DNA of 30,524 nt from an uncultured Clostridia bacterium. Lineage in GTDB: Bacteria; Bacillota; Clostridia; Christensenellales; UBA3700. The position numbers and the translations under genes are program-made. Where the stretch lies: assembly GCA_947176975.1 (NCBI GenBank), contig CAMWSW010000001.1:1-30524 (forward strand), given 5' to 3'. Shown here one piece after another: positions 25,979 through 30,524 of the stretch; positions within the stretch are counted from its first letter, which is position 1; each line of letters starts with the position of its first letter. A model generated the notes under the pieces. It was not told the origin of the DNA, made no database searches, and was given only the letters and a program-made list of their open reading frames with translations.

Positions 25979-27436
25979 ATGGAAGAAAATACCAACGATG
26001 AGTTGACGTTTAAAAAGATATGGCAACAAATCAAAAAGAGCGGTGTGAGAATGATCGTATACGCTTTTATTGCGCTTGTTGTATGCGGGGGAATATTGGG
26101 TATATGCGATATATTTGTAAGTCAGAGCCAATATGAGACGAGGATTACTTATTACTATTCCGGAGCTGAGCTTGGTCAAGACCCTTGGGGCGGACAAGAG
26201 GACGTCGTATCCGACATTAAGTCGGCAAACAACGTATCGACTGCTTTGGAAAAGTTGCAATACACCGACGAAGAAAAAGACGCGTTGGTAAATTTGATTG
26301 TCAGAAACCTTAACGTAATTTCCACAGTTGACAACGAGACTGTTGACGAAGCGGGAACGGTATTGAGCGCAAATTACAGCTACAGAATAGTTTTGTCGAG
26401 AAATTCAGATATTGACAAACTTCTCAAATCCAGAAATGATTACAATAATATATTGAGCGCAGTGACGACCAATCATATAGAAAACTTCAAGAAAAAGTTC
26501 TCTTTCAGCACGACGCTTGGCAGTTTGACGGTATTGGATAGCTACAACTCTTTCCAAAAGTATGAGACCATACGCGCATATCTCGACGCGTTGTTTGAAG
26601 AAAACAAGACTTGGGCGGAGAAGGCTCCGGATTTTGTATCGACGAGTCAAGATATGTCGTTTAATTCCTTGAATAGCCGTATGCAAATTGCGTCGTTGAA
26701 ATTGGAGAATTATCTCAACTTCGTACTCTTCAACGGTATCAACGCCAAGGGAGAAACGCAATACGTGGAGTTGAAATTGAAAGAGTCTAACGACAATATT
26801 ACAATTTATGACGAGGAAATCAAGTCGCTCAACGAAGTGCTTGCATTGATTATGAAAAACAGTGACGTAAGTTTGCCGAGCACCGGAACGATTATAGTAA
26901 ATCCTCCAGATCCGACGACTGTCACCGATGCCATCAGCCTTGCCGTTGCTAAGAAGACGCTTGCGCAAACTGAGAAGAACGCTTGGGAAACACGTCAAAC
27001 CTACTTCAATACTAAAGACTTTGCAAGTAAGAGCGAAGAAGAAAGGAACGCTCTCATCAATGATGCCAACGCTCTTGAACTTGAGGCGCTCAATGAGTAT
27101 AACTCAATTATCGAAAGCTATAAACTTATGATTGAAGAATATAACAGCGGTTACAACGTAAGCTCTCTCGTCAGAATGACTTCAGTGCCTAAGCAATCGA
27201 CAAACTCTCCGATTACGTTTAAAATCGGAATAATCGTCGAATTGATGGTATTGATAATTGCAGTCATGATAGCAATGCTCGTGACAAGCAAAAAGGGCGC
27301 AATGACGTTCAAGAAGAAAGCTGTAGAAGAGCAAGCGCAAGAGGCAGTCTTGGCAGAAAACAGCGCAGACGTCGTGGAGGAGCAAAACCCCGAGGAGTCT
27401 GAGTCGCAAAACGACAATCCTACAGACGTTGAGTAA
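25979..27436 (+). CDS. Wzz/polysaccharide co-polymerase-like protein
   Basis: MEENTNDELTFKKIWQQIKK plus an N-terminal TM, a long coiled-coil-like extracytoplasmic region, a Pro-containing segment, a second TM and an acidic tail. GGAGG RBS. Confidence 0.6.
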   Translation: MEENTNDELTFKKIWQQIKKSGVRMIVYAFIALVVCGGILGICDIFVSQSQYETRITYYYSGAELGQDPWGGQEDVVSDIKSANNVSTALEKLQYTDEEKDALVNLIVRNLNVISTVDNETVDEAGTVLSANYSYRIVLSRNSDIDKLLKSRNDYNNILSAVTTNHIENFKKKFSFSTTLGSLTVLDSYNSFQKYETIRAYLDALFEENKTWAEKAPDFVSTSQDMSFNSLNSRMQIASLKLENYLNFVLFNGINAKGETQYVELKLKESNDNITIYDEEIKSLNEVLALIMKNSDVSLPSTGTIIVNPPDPTTVTDAISLAVAKKTLAQTEKNAWETRQTYFNTKDFASKSEEERNALINDANALELEALNEYNSIIESYKLMIEEYNSGYNVSSLVRMTSVPKQSTNSPITFKIGIIVELMVLIIAVMIAMLVTSKKGAMTFKKKAVEEQAQEAVLAENSADVVEEQNPEESESQNDNPTDVE

Positions 27437-27471
27437 TAGTCGAATTAAAAGAATAAAAAATACAAATTGTT

Positions 27472-27501
27472 ACAAAACCCGACTTTGAGGTCGGGTTTTG
27501 T
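27472..27501. terminator. Probably bidirectional terminator after the Wzz-like gene
   Basis: Perfect 12-bp stem ACAAAACCCGAC/GTCGGGTTTTGT. Confidence 0.8.
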
Positions 27502-27503
27502 TA

Positions 27504-27533
27504 TTGACAAATCATTGGTTATTAGTTTAGAAT
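27504..27533 (+). promoter_or_regulatory. sigmaA promoter TTGACA-18-TAGAAT; predicted start site coincides with the ATG
   Basis: TTGACA at 27504-27509, TAGAAT at 27528-27533, ATG at 27540 with no RBS. Confidence 0.65.
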
Positions 27534-27539
27534 AAACGT

Positions 27540-28949
27540 ATGGATAAAGTGGCAATAAATGCAATGAACAGAAGAGATTTGAAATTCGGCGTATTGCAAA
27601 AGAGGATAGCGTACGTTTTGTTCGCCGGAGTAATGCTGGTATTATTGCAAGCATTTTTCGGATTGACTTTGGTAGGGACGGTTACCAACACCGTGTCAAA
27701 CGGATCTCACTTTATGCACTATTCTCAAGTATATTTGAAGTTTTGTTGCATGCTTTTGACAGTGTTTTTGCTTGCTTATTACGCTATTAAAATATACGTA
27801 AACGCCGAGCGCAGAAGTATTAAATTTGATAAATTTATTCAAGACAATCTTATATTATTGCCATTTGCTTTTATGCTTATATGGGCGCTTATCTCGACTT
27901 TTCACTCGCCGTATTTTGAAAAATCAATGTATGGCGCGGGATATATCAACGAAGGCTATTTTACAGTCTTGCAATACGCTGTGGTTTTTCTCTCCGCGTA
28001 TGCCATTCGCGACGAAATAAAATGGGCAAAAGAAGCAATGCTTTGGACTTTCATAATTATGGCGGGAATAATCTGCATAGTCTTCGTCGGTATCGAGGTC
28101 ACGAAATACAGTATTCCCACGTCTTTGAAATCCGGCGTATTCAACAACTCTAACCACTACGGTTATTTCTTGGCAATGTCGTCGGCGGTTACCTTTGGGG
28201 CGATAGTGTACGCGAAAAAAAAGTGGCAGATATCCCTGGCTGTAATACTGCTTCCGTTCAACGTATTTCAGCTTTTGGCTTGCAACACGTTGGGCGCGAA
28301 TATTGCATATATAGGCGGAATTATCTTTATAATTTGCAGCGGACTTATTACTAAAAAACTTGATTGGAGAAGGCTTGTGGCGGCGTGCGTTTTATCCGGC
28401 GTCATAAATCTCATAGTAGAAGTATCCGGCAGAACAAATATGTGGGCGTCATACGTAGAACTGTTTAAAGATATTAAGAGAATTATTTCGCCAAGCGAAG
28501 GCGGAGAGGAAGGAAATACAAGTTCGGCGGGTACGGGAAGATTTGGTCTTTGGATACGTACAATTGCCGTAATAAAGCAAGTGCCTTGGTTTGGCAAAGG
28601 TCTTGATTTGTATCACGGCAACAATATCTATGACACGTCGCTCGACGTATCGCACAACGAGTATATCACAATGGCAAGCAATATAGGTATACCGGGAGCG
28701 GTGATGTACCTCGGCACGGTAATTTGGTGGTTTATCAGAGCGGTGAGAGCAAGAAAAACTCTCGGCGCAAACGAACTTACGTTGCTTGCGGTGACGTTTT
28801 CATATTTGATTTCCGCAATATTCGGCAACTCGTTTACTTATACATATCCCTACCTTCTTATCTTTTTGGCGCTGAGTATTCAGAAACCGCAATTTGACGA
28901 ATATAAGTATGCAAAGTTGCAAGAACAAAACGCAAAACTTGAGATTTGA
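27540..28949 (+). CDS. O-antigen ligase (WaaL/Wzy_C)-family membrane protein
   Basis: About 12 TM segments; GVFNNSNHYGYFL; loop GTGRFGLW...PWFGKG...SHNEYITMASNIGIPG with the conserved Arg and His. Confidence 0.85.
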   Translation: MDKVAINAMNRRDLKFGVLQKRIAYVLFAGVMLVLLQAFFGLTLVGTVTNTVSNGSHFMHYSQVYLKFCCMLLTVFLLAYYAIKIYVNAERRSIKFDKFIQDNLILLPFAFMLIWALISTFHSPYFEKSMYGAGYINEGYFTVLQYAVVFLSAYAIRDEIKWAKEAMLWTFIIMAGIICIVFVGIEVTKYSIPTSLKSGVFNNSNHYGYFLAMSSAVTFGAIVYAKKKWQISLAVILLPFNVFQLLACNTLGANIAYIGGIIFIICSGLITKKLDWRRLVAACVLSGVINLIVEVSGRTNMWASYVELFKDIKRIISPSEGGEEGNTSSAGTGRFGLWIRTIAVIKQVPWFGKGLDLYHGNNIYDTSLDVSHNEYITMASNIGIPGAVMYLGTVIWWFIRAVRARKTLGANELTLLAVTFSYLISAIFGNSFTYTYPYLLIFLALSIQKPQFDEYKYAKLQEQNAKLEI

Positions 28950-29033
28950 GATATTTTCTGCAAAAAGCGTATAATTTTCTTTATAAATGTGTATTATTTG
29001 TCCAAACAAAATGAAAAATTGTTTAAAATCTAA

Positions 29034-29062
29034 TTGCAATATAACTAATATTATATTATAAT
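29034..29062 (+). promoter_or_regulatory. sigmaA promoter TTGCAA-17-TATAAT for the lipoprotein gene
   Basis: TTGCAA at 29034-29039 and TATAAT at 29057-29062. Confidence 0.65.
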
Positions 29063-29107
29063 TATACTTGCTATTATATTATTCGTTCGATGAATAGGAG
29101 TTTGAGA

Positions 29108-30524
29108 ATGAAAAAAATATCCGTAATTTTGATACTTTGCCTCGTGGCGTGTATGGGAATTGCAATCTTCACGGGTTGCGACTCTTCTTTCGGTCCCGTA
29201 GGCTCAATGGAATACAAGGACAGTCCCGTCGTCAACAACGGCGGACTAGTCGTACAGCAGGGCGGTTATCTCTACTACGTCAACGGTATGGATGCTACGT
29301 CCAATATTACAAAGCCCGAAGACAACGCTTTTGGCAAGGCTTCCGTAAAGGGAAGTATTATGAAGAGCAAAATCGACGAGAATGGAAATTTGAGCGAGAC
29401 GGCAGTCGTAGTGCCCAAGATGTTCTATACGTCGGCTTCCAACGGCGGATTCTATATCTACGGAGAGTGGATTTACTATCTCTCGCCAAATACCAAGGCT
29501 GACAATAAGTCCAACGTATTGTCGTCGCAAAGCGTAGCGTTCCGCACCAAGATTGACGGAACGAAGACCCAAGAGATTGCTACGCTCACGTCAAATTCCA
29601 CGCAATATATTTTCACAGACAAAGAGTTCGTATATTACGAAGACAACACTTTGAAGAAAGTGTCTTATGACAACGGCAAAGTAAACAAGAAAGCCGAGAA
29701 TATTCAAGAGGACGTGACTTCCGTTTTGTTTACGGCAAAGTCAAACGTAATCTTCTTCTTGAAGGCCACCGATTCAAAAGTACGTCTCAACAACAAGATG
29801 TACGCTTACGTCAACGGTGAGGTAAAGGAAATCGTAAATGATTCGACTTACGACAAAGAAAACGATTTGAGCGCAGACAATTTGAAAAAGCAATATACTT
29901 TTTCGCTACTTGCCTTTGACGCAAAAGAAAATACGCTTTTCTACAGCAAGGTAAGCAATAATGCAGACGCGTCAAAGAAGACCTCGACCTACGCTTATAA
30001 GTTTGACGAGAATTATACTTTCGATACGACGAAGGAAGTAAGATACGCTACTTCGGCCCTCACTGGTTCGTCGATAATCTATCTCGGCGAGGATAAGGGA
30101 ATACTTTATACCGCGGCTGCAGATCTTAAAATATACAAACCTATATCGGAGAGCGCAATCGAAGACAATACCCAAACGGGCAAGACTCTTTCTACGGGCT
30201 TGGATATCGTCAAGATAGACGGCAACGAAATGTACTATATCATGAGCAATACGCTTTATAAAGTCGATTATACTGATAAGAACGCAATTGCTCAAAAATG
30301 GAGCGAGGATGCAATGCACACTTCGTGGCTTACCCGTTCGGTAATTGGCGATTATCTCTATTATATCGACAATACCTACAACTATATGTATAGAGTAAAT
30401 CTTACGGCATTCGTAGGCGAACCTAACAACTATGTATACGCAAAGGGCGCAATCGTCAGCGGTACGCGCAAAGCTACGCTTACCAAAGATGACGAAGGTA
30501 AGATAACGATTAAGTACGTTGAAG
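29108..30524 (+). CDS. Lipoprotein with probable DUF5050-like beta-propeller, 3'-truncated (absent from the ORF track)
   Basis: AGGAG RBS; MKKISVILILCLVACMGIAIFTGC signal with lipobox Cys24; NNGGLVVQQGGYLYYVNG, GEWIYY and GDYLYY blades. Manually translated, open to the window end. Confidence 0.85.
   Translation, partial: MKKISVILILCLVACMGIAIFTGCDSSFGPVGSMEYKDSPVVNNGGLVVQQGGYLYYVNGMDATSNITKPEDNAFGKASVKGSIMKSKIDENGNLSETAVVVPKMFYTSASNGGFYIYGEWIYYLSPNTKADNKSNVLSSQSVAFRTKIDGTKTQEIATLTSNSTQYIFTDKEFVYYEDNTLKKVSYDNGKVNKKAENIQEDVTSVLFTAKSNVIFFLKATDSKVRLNNKMYAYVNGEVKEIVNDSTYDKENDLSADNLKKQYTFSLLAFDAKENTLFYSKVSNNADASKKTSTYAYKFDENYTFDTTKEVRYATSALTGSSIIYLGEDKGILYTAAADLKIYKPISESAIEDNTQTGKTLSTGLDIVKIDGNEMYYIMSNTLYKVDYTDKNAIAQKWSEDAMHTSWLTRSVIGDYLYYIDNTYNYMYRVNLTAFVGEPNNYVYAKGAIVSGTRKATLTKDDEGKITIKYVE

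Noticed and set aside
463-30319. Numerous short antisense or alternate-frame ORFs in the track (e.g. 13267-13797, 26405-26998, 29137-29502)
   Set aside because: They are fully nested in well-supported genes, lack RBS or motifs, and have shadow-ORF composition.
1-30524. CRISPR array or IS element
   Set aside because: No regularly spaced repeats and no transposase-like ORF were seen.

Overview
Chromosomal window from a low-GC, probably spore-forming Clostridia-type firmicute (veg, a SPOCS-LysM coat protein behind a sigmaE-like promoter, ispE). Left part: the 3' end of metH, mutT, a tiny divergent XRE/XRE switch whose 17-bp palindromic operator exactly fills a -35/-10 spacer, and a minus-strand response regulator-ABC ATPase-2 permeases-histidine kinase cassette (peptide-antibiotic resistance type). 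Middle: veg, SipL-like protein, aldo/keto reductase, ispE, a 49-aa orphan, then a ~14.3-kb single-strand surface polysaccharide operon (10979-25294). That operon opens with an unusual module of HpcH/HpaI aldolase, LysA-fold decarboxylase, small priming phosphoglycosyl transferase and class IV aminotransferase, followed by GT2, LicD, GT2, Wzy, a CDP-alditol pair, Wzx and rmlABDC. Right part: a nucleoside-deaminase pseudogene fragment not in the ORF track, tRNA-Ser(GGA), a Wzz-like co-polymerase, a WaaL-like ligase and a truncated lipoprotein also not in the ORF track. The best candidate for an undescribed system is the aldolase/aminotransferase/decarboxylase module around the priming transferase, which may build a novel amine-bearing (possibly C-branched) sugar for a zwitterionic glycan. 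This is inference from domain logic, not demonstrated. No CRISPR, integrase or transposase was seen. All family assignments are by motif recognition, without database searches.
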